Shown here piece by piece: positions 1 to 10,185 of a DNA stretch of 60,445 nucleotides (positions are counted from its first letter, which is position 1; each line of letters starts with the position of its first letter). Both the position numbers and the translations under genes were made by a program. Where the stretch lies: the NCBI GenBank assembly GCA_043812155.1, contig JBDRMK010000009.1, positions 1-60,445 on the forward strand, given 5' to 3'. The notes under the pieces are model-generated. The model did not search any database. It was given only the letters and a program-made list of their open reading frames with translations, and had not been told where the DNA came from. The DNA is from Patescibacteria group bacterium (GTDB lineage: Bacteria > Patescibacteriota > Patescibacteriia > JAXHNJ01).

Positions 1-125
1 AAGTCAGTCGGCAGGAAATCAAACGAGTTCAAAATTCACTTAATGACCGGCCCAGAAAAGCCCTCAATTTTTTGAAACCAAATGAAGTATTTTCTCAAAT
101 GCTAATTAAACCGGATTTGCGTTAG
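1..125 (+). mobile_element. 3' end of IS30-family transposase (partial, runs in from window edge)
   Basis: Frame from base 3 reads VSRQEIKRVQNSLNDRPRKALNFLKPNEVFSQMLIKPDLR*, matching the IS30 C-terminal LNxRPRKxLxxxxPxEVF motif; followed by ttgcgttagagggttgaatcca, a plausible right end. Confidence 0.8.
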
Positions 126-150
126 AGGGTTGAATCCAGCCATCTTTTTC

Positions 151-179
151 TTGACGTGAATTGAATAATATGGTATTAT
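151..179 (+). promoter_or_regulatory. sigma70-type promoter of the holB block
   Basis: TTGACG-17 nt-TATTAT upstream of ATG 214. Confidence 0.6.
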
Positions 180-213
180 ATTTTTACAATTTTTAAACTG
201 ATGTCGCTAAATT

Positions 214-1224
214 ATGAAGACGCATTTTGATAGAACAAACAAGATCTTAGGCCATAAAGGAATTATTGATTATCTTAAAAAAGGGGTAATAAATGACCGG
301 CTCGCTCACGCTTATCTTTTTCTTGGCCGCCCAGGTTTGGGCAAGAAAACAGTCGCTTTTCACTTCTTTCAAAGTATTCTTTGTCATTCGTTTAACAAAA
401 ATATCAGTATAATACCCTGCGGTGAATGTTCGGCCTGCCGGGAATTTTCCCGCGGCCAGTATCCAGATTTTTATGAAATAGAGCGAGAGGCGGGCAAAAA
501 AAATATCAGTATCGAGCAGATCCGGGCTATCCGGCACCACCTAAGCTTAAAGTCTTCCCAGGCCGGTTATAAATTCGTAATTATCAATGAAATTGAATAT
601 TTGACTTCTGAGGCGGCCAATAGTTTTTTAAAAACCCTTGAAGAACCGGCGCCAAAAACCATAATTATTTTGATCGGTTCAAATGAAGAAGCCATTCCCA
701 AGACAATATTATCCCGCTGTCAGATTATCCGATATCGGTCAGTTCCTGAGCGAGAAATCCGCGAGTATTTAAAAGCAAATAAAAATCTTGATACTTTGCC
801 GGCAAAAGTAATGGCGGAATTGTCCCGTGGCTGTCCCGGTCGGGCGATTAACTTGGCGGATAATCCTGATATTCTTGAGGAAGAAGAAAGAAAAATTGAG
901 CAATTTCTTGAATTAATTAAGTCTTCTCTGGGCCGCAGACTGGCGGAAATCTCGCGATTAAAATTTTCCGATGATATGGCGGGTGAAATATATTCTTTCT
1001 TTGACACTTGGCAGGTGGTCAGCCGGGACTTACTTCTTAATAAACTGGGTTTAAACGATCTTCTCACTCAGCGAAGTAAAAAAGTTATTTTTAGTAATAT
1101 CGGGGCAAAAAAAGATTTTAAAAAACTCCAAGAACTTCTTGATTTTTCCTTGACCGCTCCTTTCTTGCTTAAAAAAAACATTAACCCAAGAATAATCTTG
1201 GAAAATTATATGCTAAAGATATAA
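214..1224 (+). CDS. holB: DNA polymerase III subunit delta'
   Basis: HAYLFLGRPGLGK, Zn-binding CxxCxxC, AANSFLKTLEEP and TILSRCQ clamp-loader motifs. Confidence 0.92.
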   Translation: MKTHFDRTNKILGHKGIIDYLKKGVINDRLAHAYLFLGRPGLGKKTVAFHFFQSILCHSFNKNISIIPCGECSACREFSRGQYPDFYEIEREAGKKNISIEQIRAIRHHLSLKSSQAGYKFVIINEIEYLTSEAANSFLKTLEEPAPKTIIILIGSNEEAIPKTILSRCQIIRYRSVPEREIREYLKANKNLDTLPAKVMAELSRGCPGRAINLADNPDILEEEERKIEQFLELIKSSLGRRLAEISRLKFSDDMAGEIYSFFDTWQVVSRDLLLNKLGLNDLLTQRSKKVIFSNIGAKKDFKKLQELLDFSLTAPFLLKKNINPRIILENYMLKI

Positions 1225-1228
1225 TATT

Positions 1229-2293
1229 ATGAAAAGAATTTTATTTATCGTCATCATTTCGACCTTATTGATAACTGGCTGTTCCTTATCAATAAATACA
1301 AAATCTTCCTCTAATCTTGGTGTTTATAAATCGGAAAATTTCGCTGATTCTTGGCAGCAAAAAGTGAACGCCGGCGTATCAGGAAAGAAGGCCATAACCA
1401 TAAGTGGCCTAAGTGTGAATAAAATTATTTTTGATCCCTTGACGTTGGAAAACATATATTTACTGACTACAGACCGAGGGATTTATGTTTCTCACGATAA
1501 AGGCGAGCTCTGGCAATCTACGGCACTAAATCAGGGTTCATACGTCAATTTAGGCTTTGACCCGGAAAATTCCGATATTTTATATACCGCTTATGACGGG
1601 CGTATCATTAAATCGGTTAATGGGGGAAAAAGCTGGCAGACATTATATTTTGAGACGCAGGCCGGGCAACATATTACGGATTTGGCGGTTGATCACAGCC
1701 AAGGCAAGGTAATTTACGCCACGACGAACACCGGAGCCTTGATAAAAAGCGAGGATTACGGGACGACCTGGCAGATATTTAAGCGTTTCGGAAAAACTTA
1801 CATCAATAGGATAATTCTTGATCCCCGTGATTCAAAAATAATATATATTGTTATCTCTGGAAAGGGCATCTACCGCACCGATGACGGGGGAGTCAATTGG
1901 CAGCTTATCGCCGAAAGTTTAAAGGATTTTCCCAAAGCATTGAACATAAACGGTTTTTCCTTTTTTCCTAAAAATCCGGATGTTTTTCTGATTACGACTG
2001 ATTACGGTTTGCTGATCAGCGAAAATAAAGGCGGGAGTTTTAAAGCGGTTACCACTCTTTTGACTTTTGGAACGAAAATCGATAAAGCTATTTTTGATTC
2101 CGATAATTCCGATATTATATATATTGTCAAAGACAACAAGCTTCATAAAACGGAAAATGGCGGAAATAAGTGGCAAACAATCCTCTTGCCCACTGATAAT
2201 TCTGTCAGCGACCTGAAAATTTACCCCGATCCGGAAAAGATAAAAGGTTCAGTTTTATATCTGACCGTTAAAAAAGCGCCGAAGAAAAAATAA
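1229..2293 (+). CDS. BNR/Asp-box repeat beta-propeller lipoprotein (YCF48/VPS10-like)
   Basis: Lipobox LITGC; repeated SxDxGxxW Asp-boxes (SHDKGELW, SVNGGKSW, SEDYGTTW, TDDGGVNW). Confidence 0.8.
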   Translation: MKRILFIVIISTLLITGCSLSINTKSSSNLGVYKSENFADSWQQKVNAGVSGKKAITISGLSVNKIIFDPLTLENIYLLTTDRGIYVSHDKGELWQSTALNQGSYVNLGFDPENSDILYTAYDGRIIKSVNGGKSWQTLYFETQAGQHITDLAVDHSQGKVIYATTNTGALIKSEDYGTTWQIFKRFGKTYINRIILDPRDSKIIYIVISGKGIYRTDDGGVNWQLIAESLKDFPKALNINGFSFFPKNPDVFLITTDYGLLISENKGGSFKAVTTLLTFGTKIDKAIFDSDNSDIIYIVKDNKLHKTENGGNKWQTILLPTDNSVSDLKIYPDPEKIKGSVLYLTVKKAPKKK

Positions 2294-2302
2294 TATATAC
2301 TT

Positions 2303-2851
2303 ATGGATAACGACAAAATAGTGGTTGAGGGTCAAAAAATAGTCGATTTTTTTAAAAACGATCTTTCTACTATCCGGACCGGCAGAGCCTCGCCCGCCCT
2401 CATTGAAAATTTAATGGTTGATTATTACGGAACGAAAACCCCTTTGATCCAATTGGCCAGCATAAATATTCCCGAGTCAAAAATGATAGTGATTCAGCCC
2501 TGGGACAAAAATATTATTAAAGAAATAGAAAAGGCCATTCAGGCCTCGGACTTAGGCCTAAATCCTGTTAACGAAGGTCAGGTCATTCGCTTGATAATCC
2601 CTCTGATGACCGAAGAGCGCCGGCTGGAGCTGGTTAAGATTATCCATCAGAAAGCGGAAAGCGCCAAAATGAAAATCAGGAATATCAGAGAAGAGCAGAT
2701 AAAAAAGCAAAAAAAACAGAAAGAGGGCGGCGAGATCGGTGAAGACGTCTTCTACCGTCTGCAGGAGGAATTGCAGGAAAAGGTGGAGGAGTTCAACCAG
2801 AAGGTCAAAGAGCTGGCCGAGGAAAAAGAAAAAGATGTCATGACCATTTAA
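2303..2851 (+). CDS. frr: ribosome recycling factor
   Basis: IRTGRASP, IQPWDK, LGLNP and TEERR motifs. Confidence 0.97.
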   Translation: MDNDKIVVEGQKIVDFFKNDLSTIRTGRASPALIENLMVDYYGTKTPLIQLASINIPESKMIVIQPWDKNIIKEIEKAIQASDLGLNPVNEGQVIRLIIPLMTEERRLELVKIIHQKAESAKMKIRNIREEQIKKQKKQKEGGEIGEDVFYRLQEELQEKVEEFNQKVKELAEEKEKDVMTI

Positions 2852-2854
2852 TTT

Positions 2855-3985
2855 ATGCTTCTTACTTTCATCACTTTCATTATTGTCTTCAGTGTCGTAA
2901 TTTTTGTCCATGAATTCGGTCATTTTATGGCTGGTCGGAAGATGGGGGTGAAGGTGGAAGAATTCGGTTTCGGCTATCCGCCCCGCTTGAAAGCCATAAA
3001 GAAGAAAGGCACGGAATATTCCCTAAACTGGATCCCTTTCGGCGGTTTTGTCAAATTAAAAGGATTGGAAGAGGGCAGCCGGGAGGTCAAGGAAAAAGAT
3101 TTAGAAAAAGATAGTTTTAGCGGCAAAAAAATCTGGCAGCGAGCATTAATCCTATCCGCCGGCGTCCTTATGAATTTTTTACTGACTTTTTTTCTGGTGA
3201 CGCTAGGGTATATAATCGGCTTGCCATCAGCGATTGACGAAAACACGACCGGTAAAATCAGAAATGAGCAGATCCAAGTTTATGAAGTTTTAGAAAATTC
3301 GCCCGCTGAACTGGCCGGCCTTAAGACCGGGGACGCGATTATCGCTATTGATGAACAAAAATTCACGAAAATAAACGATTTGCAGGCCTATGAAGCGGAT
3401 AAAATTGATCAAACTCTGGAATTAACCGTGAAAAGAGGGAACGAATTAACCGCCATTTCCGTAAAACCTCAAGTTATGGATGAGACAAAGCAGGGTAAAC
3501 TTGGCGTGAGCTTGGTGGAAACCGCCTTGGTTTCATATCCGGTTCATATCGCTTTATATAAAGGTCTGGTCACTACCGGTTCTTTGATTTCCCAAATCGT
3601 ATACGGTATCTATGATATTATAAAAACCGCCATTATAAGCCATCATGTTTCCACCGATATTGCGGGACCCGTAGGCATCGCCGTTATCTCCGGACAAGTG
3701 GCGAAAATGGGTTTTATATATATCCTTCAATTCGTCGCTATCCTTTCCACTTCGCTGGCGATAATGAACTTTTTACCCCTGCCGGCTTTGGACGGCGGGC
3801 GACTGCTATTTTTGTTTATCGAAAAAATAAGAGGCAAGCCGGTTAACCAAAGAATAGAAAACTTAGTGCATACGTTTGGATTTTACCTGCTATTTTTGCT
3901 TTTAATTGTGGTCAGTTTTAGGGATTTGCAGAGATTTAATATTTTCCAGTCATTGTATAATTATATAAAAAATATTTTCGTTTAA
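2855..3985 (+). CDS. rseP: RIP metalloprotease RseP (M50, PDZ)
   Basis: HEFGH, IPFGGFV, PDZ domain, NFLPLPALDGG. Confidence 0.93.
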   Translation: MLLTFITFIIVFSVVIFVHEFGHFMAGRKMGVKVEEFGFGYPPRLKAIKKKGTEYSLNWIPFGGFVKLKGLEEGSREVKEKDLEKDSFSGKKIWQRALILSAGVLMNFLLTFFLVTLGYIIGLPSAIDENTTGKIRNEQIQVYEVLENSPAELAGLKTGDAIIAIDEQKFTKINDLQAYEADKIDQTLELTVKRGNELTAISVKPQVMDETKQGKLGVSLVETALVSYPVHIALYKGLVTTGSLISQIVYGIYDIIKTAIISHHVSTDIAGPVGIAVISGQVAKMGFIYILQFVAILSTSLAIMNFLPLPALDGGRLLFLFIEKIRGKPVNQRIENLVHTFGFYLLFLLLIVVSFRDLQRFNIFQSLYNYIKNIFV

Positions 3986-3988
3986 CCT

Positions 3989-5218
3989 ATGCGTCAAACT
4001 TCACTTTTTTACCGATCCTTAAGGGAAAGTCCCAAAGAAGCCCAAACCGTAAGTCATCAGCTTTTGGTTCGCGCCACTTTTATTGACCAGATATCCGCCG
4101 GGATCTGGAGCCTCCTTCCCTTGGGTTTTAGGGTATTTAAAAAAATTGAAAATATTATTCGGGAAGAAATTGACGCTATTGGCGGACAGGAGTTGTTGCT
4201 GCCCACCCTGCAGCCAAAGGATCTATGGATCCGGTCAGGCCGCTGGGATAAGATGGAGCCGCCTTTGTACAAAATTAAGGACGCCCATCAAAAAGAGTTC
4301 GCCCTTGGCCCCACTCACGAGGAAGTGATCACTGATCTGGCCGGCCGTTTCATCAACTCCTATAAGCAGCTGCCTTTATATCTTTATCAAATTCAAAATA
4401 AATTCAGAAATGAAATTCGAGTTTCCGGCGGGCTACTGCGGGTCAAGGAATTTATCATGAAAGATTTGTATAGCTTTCACGCTTCCTCCCAGGATTTGGA
4501 CGATTATTATCTTAAGGTTTTAAACGCTTATAACAAAATATTTAAAAGATGCGAACTTGAGGTCGTGGTGGTCAAGGCGGTTTCCGGTTCAATTGGCGGT
4601 GATTATTGCCATGAATTTATGGCTTTAGCCCCGACGGGCGAAGACAAAATATTGATCTGCCGCAAATGCCGTAAGGCGGTAAATTTTGAAGCCGCTCAGG
4701 ATAAAAAATCATGCCAGGATTGCGGCGGAGATCTGGACTTAAAAAACGGTATTGAGGCCGGTCACATTTTTAAACTTGGCCGTAATTACAGTCAAAAGAT
4801 GCAGGCCAGCTTTGCCGATAAAGACGGCCGTAAAAAACCTCTGGAAATGGGATGTTACGGCCTTGGCTTAGGCCGTCTGATGGCGACGATAGCGGAGAAA
4901 CATCATGATGAGGACGGCTTAATCTGGCCCCGATCAGTCAGCCCCTTTGCGGTTCATTTTTTAAATTTTTGCTCAGACAAAAAATACGCTGAAAAAATCT
5001 ATAATTCTTTTCTGGATAAATCAGTTGACGTGTTATTTGATGAACGTGATACCCCCCCGTCCGTCAAGCTGAAAGACGCTGATCTTATCGGAATTCCTTG
5101 GCGGGTAATTTTAAGTGACAAGACAAAAGGAAAAATTGAAGTGAAGGCGAGAAATAAAACAGAACAAAAAATAATGACCCCGGAAAATTTTATCACTCAA
5201 CTGTTAAAAAATGTTTAA
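3989..5218 (+). CDS. proS: proline--tRNA ligase (short form, no editing insertion)
   Basis: LGPTHEE, KFRNEIR..GLLRVKEFIMKD, MGCYGLG motifs; 409 aa. Confidence 0.95.
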   Translation: MRQTSLFYRSLRESPKEAQTVSHQLLVRATFIDQISAGIWSLLPLGFRVFKKIENIIREEIDAIGGQELLLPTLQPKDLWIRSGRWDKMEPPLYKIKDAHQKEFALGPTHEEVITDLAGRFINSYKQLPLYLYQIQNKFRNEIRVSGGLLRVKEFIMKDLYSFHASSQDLDDYYLKVLNAYNKIFKRCELEVVVVKAVSGSIGGDYCHEFMALAPTGEDKILICRKCRKAVNFEAAQDKKSCQDCGGDLDLKNGIEAGHIFKLGRNYSQKMQASFADKDGRKKPLEMGCYGLGLGRLMATIAEKHHDEDGLIWPRSVSPFAVHFLNFCSDKKYAEKIYNSFLDKSVDVLFDERDTPPSVKLKDADLIGIPWRVILSDKTKGKIEVKARNKTEQKIMTPENFITQLLKNV

Positions 5219-6260
5219 AAAAATATTCAGCCGATTTTCTAAAAACATCGGTATTGATTTAGGAACCGCGAATACTCTGGTCTATGTTATGGAAAAGGGG
5301 ATCGTGATCAACGAACCCTCGGTCGTGGCCGTAAACAACAAAACTGATCAGATTATTGCCATTGGCGATGAAGCGAAAAAAATGGTCGGCAAGACCCCGC
5401 CCCATATTAAAGCGACTAAGCCTTTGATCGCCGGAGTAATTTCCGATTTTGAGGTTACGGAGAAAATGCTTAAATATTTCATTGAAAAAGTGCACCGGGA
5501 AAATTTGATTTTTGTGCCCCGGCCGAAAGTTATTATCGGCATTCCTTTGGGCGTGACGGAAGTGGAAAAAAAGGCGGTGGAAGACGCGACCATAAATGCC
5601 GGAGCGAGCGAAGTATTTTTAGTGGAGCAGCCGATGGCCGCGGCCATCGGGGCTAGGATGCCGGTTCAAGATCCATCAGGCAATATGGTGGTGGATATCG
5701 GCGGAGGGACGGTGGAAATTGCCGTTATTTCTTTGGGTGGAATAGTTTCCTGGAAATCCATAAAAACGGCCGGCAATGAACTGGATAAAAACATTATTCA
5801 GTTCGCCCGCGACGAATTTAACCTGCTGATCGGCGATGGCAGCGCGGAAGAAGCCAAGAAAAAAATTGGGACGGCGTTAATCGAGGAAAATGATGAGCAG
5901 GAGACAAAGATTAGAGGCCGGGATCTTATCACCGGTTTGCCCAAAGAGGTATCTATAACTAGTCGGCAAATCAGAGAGGCGATTGGCCGGTCCTTAAAAA
6001 TTTTGATTGACAACATAAAGACGACCATTGAAGAAACACCTCCGGAACTGGTTTCCGATATTTATGAGCGCGGAATTACCCTGACGGGCGGCGGCGCCCT
6101 GCTTAATAAAATTGATACGCTTATTCAGCAAGAAACTCAGATCCCGGCCCATATAACCGATGATCCGCTGACCAGCGTGGTCAGAGGCATGGGTTTGATT
6201 TTAGAAGATTTTGACAAGCTTAAAGAGGTTCTTATTTTTCCTTCTGAAATAACCTCTTAA
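5211..6260 (+). CDS. mreB: rod shape-determining protein MreB
   Basis: GIDLGTANT, VDIGGGT, LTGGGALL actin-like motifs. Confidence 0.97.
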   Translation: MFKKIFSRFSKNIGIDLGTANTLVYVMEKGIVINEPSVVAVNNKTDQIIAIGDEAKKMVGKTPPHIKATKPLIAGVISDFEVTEKMLKYFIEKVHRENLIFVPRPKVIIGIPLGVTEVEKKAVEDATINAGASEVFLVEQPMAAAIGARMPVQDPSGNMVVDIGGGTVEIAVISLGGIVSWKSIKTAGNELDKNIIQFARDEFNLLIGDGSAEEAKKKIGTALIEENDEQETKIRGRDLITGLPKEVSITSRQIREAIGRSLKILIDNIKTTIEETPPELVSDIYERGITLTGGGALLNKIDTLIQQETQIPAHITDDPLTSVVRGMGLILEDFDKLKEVLIFPSEITS

Positions 6261-6262
6261 TC

Positions 6263-7072
6263 ATGAAGAATTATTTTCGCGAAAATAAAAAAATACTATT
6301 TATTAGTATGGCAGTCGTATTTCTGCTTATTTTTTTACATTCACTTAATATCCTAAGTCCTCTGGAGAAAGGACTGTCTTCTTTTATGAAGCCGGTGCAA
6401 TGGGTTTTAATAGGAGCCAGTCGTTCAGTCAGCAGCTTTTTTGAAAGGATCACTAATAATAACGATTTATTTCAAGAAAACATCCGGTTAAACGAAAAAA
6501 TAAGCGAATTGACCCGGGAAAACAGCCTTTTAAAAACAACTTTGAAAGAAAATGAAATTATCGCGCCCCAGGTTAAATTTCTGCAGGAAAAGAATTATAA
6601 TTACGTCATGGCCAGGGTTATCAGCCGGAGCGTGGATCCGACTTTCAAGGCCATGACCATCAATCAGGGGAAGCAGGAGGGAGTCGAGGTAGGCATGCCG
6701 GTGGTGGCTAATCAGGGTTATCTGGTAGGTAAGATTATTCGGACGGAAAGCAACCGGGCTGAAGTTTTGCTTTTAAATGACGCCCGGAGCAATACTTCCG
6801 CTCAGATACAGAATGAATCCGCTTCGCCCGGGATCGTCGCCGGCGAGTTCGGACTGACCTTAAAAATGGATTTTATCCCAAAAGATGATGCGATTGAAAA
6901 TAGCCAATCCGTAATTTCCAGCGGCCTGGAAAATTACATCCCTAAAGGACTTCTGCTCGGCAAAATTGAAAGTATAAAGACTAAAGCCGGCGATTTTTTT
7001 CAAACCGCGTATCTTACGCCTTTTCTTTCCTACGATCAATTGGAAGTTGTTTCAATAATTACCCATTATTAA
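6263..7072 (+). CDS. mreC: rod shape-determining protein MreC
   Basis: N-terminal TM and coiled coil, GVEVGMPVV..GYLVGKI, SSGL..IPKGL; follows mreB. Confidence 0.92.
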   Translation: MKNYFRENKKILFISMAVVFLLIFLHSLNILSPLEKGLSSFMKPVQWVLIGASRSVSSFFERITNNNDLFQENIRLNEKISELTRENSLLKTTLKENEIIAPQVKFLQEKNYNYVMARVISRSVDPTFKAMTINQGKQEGVEVGMPVVANQGYLVGKIIRTESNRAEVLLLNDARSNTSAQIQNESASPGIVAGEFGLTLKMDFIPKDDAIENSQSVISSGLENYIPKGLLLGKIESIKTKAGDFFQTAYLTPFLSYDQLEVVSIITHY

Positions 7073-7075
7073 GCG

Positions 7076-7612
7076 ATGAAAAAATACATTTTCGGCTTTA
7101 TTTTAATATTAGCCATTTTTTTACTCCAATACAGCTTTATAAATTTTTCCGGGGAATTATTTACTTTTGTCAATCCTTTGTTGTTTTCAATTATTTTTGT
7201 TTCCCTTTTTTATAGCGCCAAAATAACGATATTTTGGGTCATCATCGGCGGCTTTCTTTTAGACATATATTCGTTGTTTAATTTCGGCATTCATATTATA
7301 TCGTTAATGGTTATGGTTTTACTGGTTCACTATTTTTTTCAAAAATTCATCACTAATCACACCTTTTACTCATTTGTTTTTTTAACGGCGGCCAGTACCT
7401 TATTTTACTATTTGCTACTCATGGCTCTGACTACTTTATTATATATTTTAAATTTTTCGGAATTAACCTGGCAAATGAATAATCAGTTGACTCTGGCCAT
7501 TTTGGTCCAGATATTAATCAATTCCGTATTTATGGGTTTAATCTATTATATTTTCTCCTCATTTTCGAACCGTTTAAAGGCGAATTTTATCCTGAAATCC
7601 AATAATAAATGA
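7076..7612 (+). CDS. mreD: rod shape-determining protein MreD
   Basis: Multi-TM protein with GGFLLD..S..FG motif, located between mreC and mrdA. Confidence 0.75.
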   Translation: MKKYIFGFILILAIFLLQYSFINFSGELFTFVNPLLFSIIFVSLFYSAKITIFWVIIGGFLLDIYSLFNFGIHIISLMVMVLLVHYFFQKFITNHTFYSFVFLTAASTLFYYLLLMALTTLLYILNFSELTWQMNNQLTLAILVQILINSVFMGLIYYIFSSFSNRLKANFILKSNNK

Positions 7613-9522
7613 AAAGCTCAAAAGATATATTTTATGCGCCGGATATAAAAGACGACCGTTTGACAAAAGGCTACGAAAAATTTGAAATTGAGGCCGATAT
7701 TACACTGGCCAAAGATAATCCTACTTCATTAAGAAAAAGCATTACGCCGGCAAAAATTAGTTTCCTGAGCCTGGCCTTTTTGATTGGTTTTTTTATCATT
7801 CTCTCAAGAATATTCGCTCTTCAGGTTGTTTCCGGCCAGGAATACCGGCAAAAAGCGGAGCATAACAGAATTAAAATAGAGAATGTTACGGCTACCCGGG
7901 GCATTATTTATGATAAAAATAATAAACCCTTGGTTAGCAACGCCCCGAATTTTACTTTTTATTTTATCCCGTCAGATCTGCCTGAAGATTTAAACAGCCT
8001 AAAGCCTCTCACGGAAAATCTTGCCGATATATTGGAAATACCCGCGGATGAAATTTTTAAAAGCTTCGTTTCCGCCGAAAAAGATTCAAGTTTACCCGTT
8101 CTAATCAAAGAATATATCGGCTATGATCAAGCACTGCGTTTAAAAATCATCATTAATGAAGATCCATTTTTGAACTTGGATATCCAATTGGTCCGTGAAT
8201 ATCAGACCCGCGAGGCTTTTTCCCATCTCTTAGGTTATATGGGGAAGGTCTCTCCGGAAGAACTGGAAAAAAATTCAGATTACGGCCGCTTGGATTATTC
8301 AGGGAAAACCGGCCTGGAGGTGTATTATGAAAAGGAGTTGAAAGGGGTTAACGGCCGCCAGCAGATTGAAAGAGACAGTTTTAACAAATCGAAAAGAGTG
8401 ATTGCCACTCAGGAATCAGTACCCGGCGAAAATCTGGTCTTAACGGTTGACGCCGGACTGCAGGAGACCATGTACAATGCCTTAAAAAACGCGGTCAAAC
8501 AAAATAGAGCCAAGGCGGGAGCCGCTATCGCCCTAAACCCGAATAACGGGCGGATTCTGGCCATCACCAGCTATCCCTCATTTGATAACAACCTGTTTTA
8601 CAAAGGGATAAGCGCCGAAGATTATAATAAGATCTCCGAAAATTCTTCCAATCCTTTTATTGACCGAACGATCAGCGGCGAATATCCCTCCGGCTCCACC
8701 ATCAAACCGACGCTTGCCGCCGCCGCTTTGCAGGAAAAAATTATTTCGGCGACAACCACTGTTTTAAGCACAGGCGGCCTGGCCATTGATAAATGGTTTT
8801 TCCCGGACTGGAAAGCCGGCGGCCACGGGGTCACAAATGTCATTAAAGCCCTGGCTGAATCAGTCAATACATTTTTCTACGCCGTTTCCGGCGGTTATCA
8901 GGATATTACCGGTTTGGGTCTGGAAAAAATGGTGAAGTATTTTAAGTTATTCGGCTTAGGGAATAAATTAGGCATAGATTTACCGGGCGAAAAATCCGGT
9001 TTTCTGCCCAGTCGTGAATGGAAAGAAGAGACTAAAAACGAAGCTTGGTATATTGGCGACACCTATCATATCGGCATCGGCCAGGGCGATATCCTGGTCA
9101 CGCCTTTACAGGTGGCGGACTTTACAGCGGCGATCGCCAACGGCGGCACGGTCTATCGGCCTTACGTCGTTGATCATCTTACTGATTTTAACAACAATAC
9201 GGTAACACAAAAAAACCCCAATATTATAAACAGCGGTTTTATCAGTCCCGGTAATATTGAAACCGTGAAAAAAGGGATGCGTGAGGCCGTCATTTCCGGT
9301 TCCGCCCGGAGTCTTTCTAATCTCCCTTTCAGCGTGGCGGGGAAAACCGGCTCCGCCCAGTTCGCGTAAAATAAAACGACCCATGCCTGGTTCACCAGTT
9401 TCGCCCCGTATGAAGATCCGGAGATCGTGGTCACGGTCATTGTTGAAGAAGGGGGAGAGGGGAATATTGCCGCCATCCCGGTGGCCCGGGAGGTGTTATC
9501 CTGGTATTTCAGCCATAAATAG
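7609..9522 (+). CDS. mrdA: penicillin-binding protein 2, interrupted by in-frame TAA at 9367-9369 (nonsense or sequence error)
   Basis: RGIIYD, SxxK (GSTIK), SxN (SVN), KTG motifs; the same frame continues after the TAA with HAWFTSFAPYEDPEIVVTVIVEEGGEG to TAG at 9520-9522. Confidence 0.88.
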
Positions 9523-9616
9523 ACCTGAGTAAAATTTGGGGCTTGACAAATTCTGGCCATGGTCTATAGTATGATATATAACAAATAAACTTGTTATTTT
9601 TTATTGGTAAAATTTT

Positions 9617-10084
9617 ATGGAAAACGACACGACATTTATCACGGAAAAAGGCTTGGAAAAACTGAAAAAAGAGCTTCAGGAGTTAAAAACCGTTAAACGG
9701 AAAGAGATCGCCTGGCGCATCCAAGAAGCGAAAGAACTCGGCGATCTGTCCGAGAACGCGGAATATGCCGAAGCCAAGAACGAGCAGGCTTTCATGGAAG
9801 GCCGCATTTCTGAACTGGAAAATATCTTAAGAAATGTCACTATCATCGAAAATAATAAGAACGATCATAGCAAAGTCTCTTTGGGCTCAAAGGTTAAGGT
9901 TGAGGCGGCCGAAAAAATGGTCACCTATTTTATCGTCGGCCCGAGCGAAAGCAATCCCGTTGAAGGAAAAATCTCCCATGAATCGCCTTTAGGCCGGGCT
10001 TTTTTAGGCAAGCGCATTGGAGAAGTGGTCCAAATCGAGGTTCCCAACGGACTCAGGGATTATAAGATAATCTCCATCGGCTAA
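9617..10084 (+). CDS. greA: transcription elongation factor GreA
   Basis: GDLSENAEY and ISHESPLG motifs; TTGACA/TATAGT promoter at 9543-9570. Confidence 0.97.
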   Translation: MENDTTFITEKGLEKLKKELQELKTVKRKEIAWRIQEAKELGDLSENAEYAEAKNEQAFMEGRISELENILRNVTIIENNKNDHSKVSLGSKVKVEAAEKMVTYFIVGPSESNPVEGKISHESPLGRAFLGKRIGEVVQIEVPNGLRDYKIISIG

Positions 10085-10185
10085 TCAGCCTGGCTAATGA
10101 CCGGCAATATATACGTCGCTGGTATTTTTGGTTTGGCAAAGCAAAGAAAAGATGCTATAATAATTTGAGTTAATCACTTAAAATT

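Noticed and set aside
9367-9369. Alternative genetic code or stop-codon recoding
   Set aside because: The interrupting codon is TAA, which ends many genes here. TGA also acts as a normal stop (e.g. 20424, 23900), so code 25, selenocysteine and pyrrolysine do not apply.
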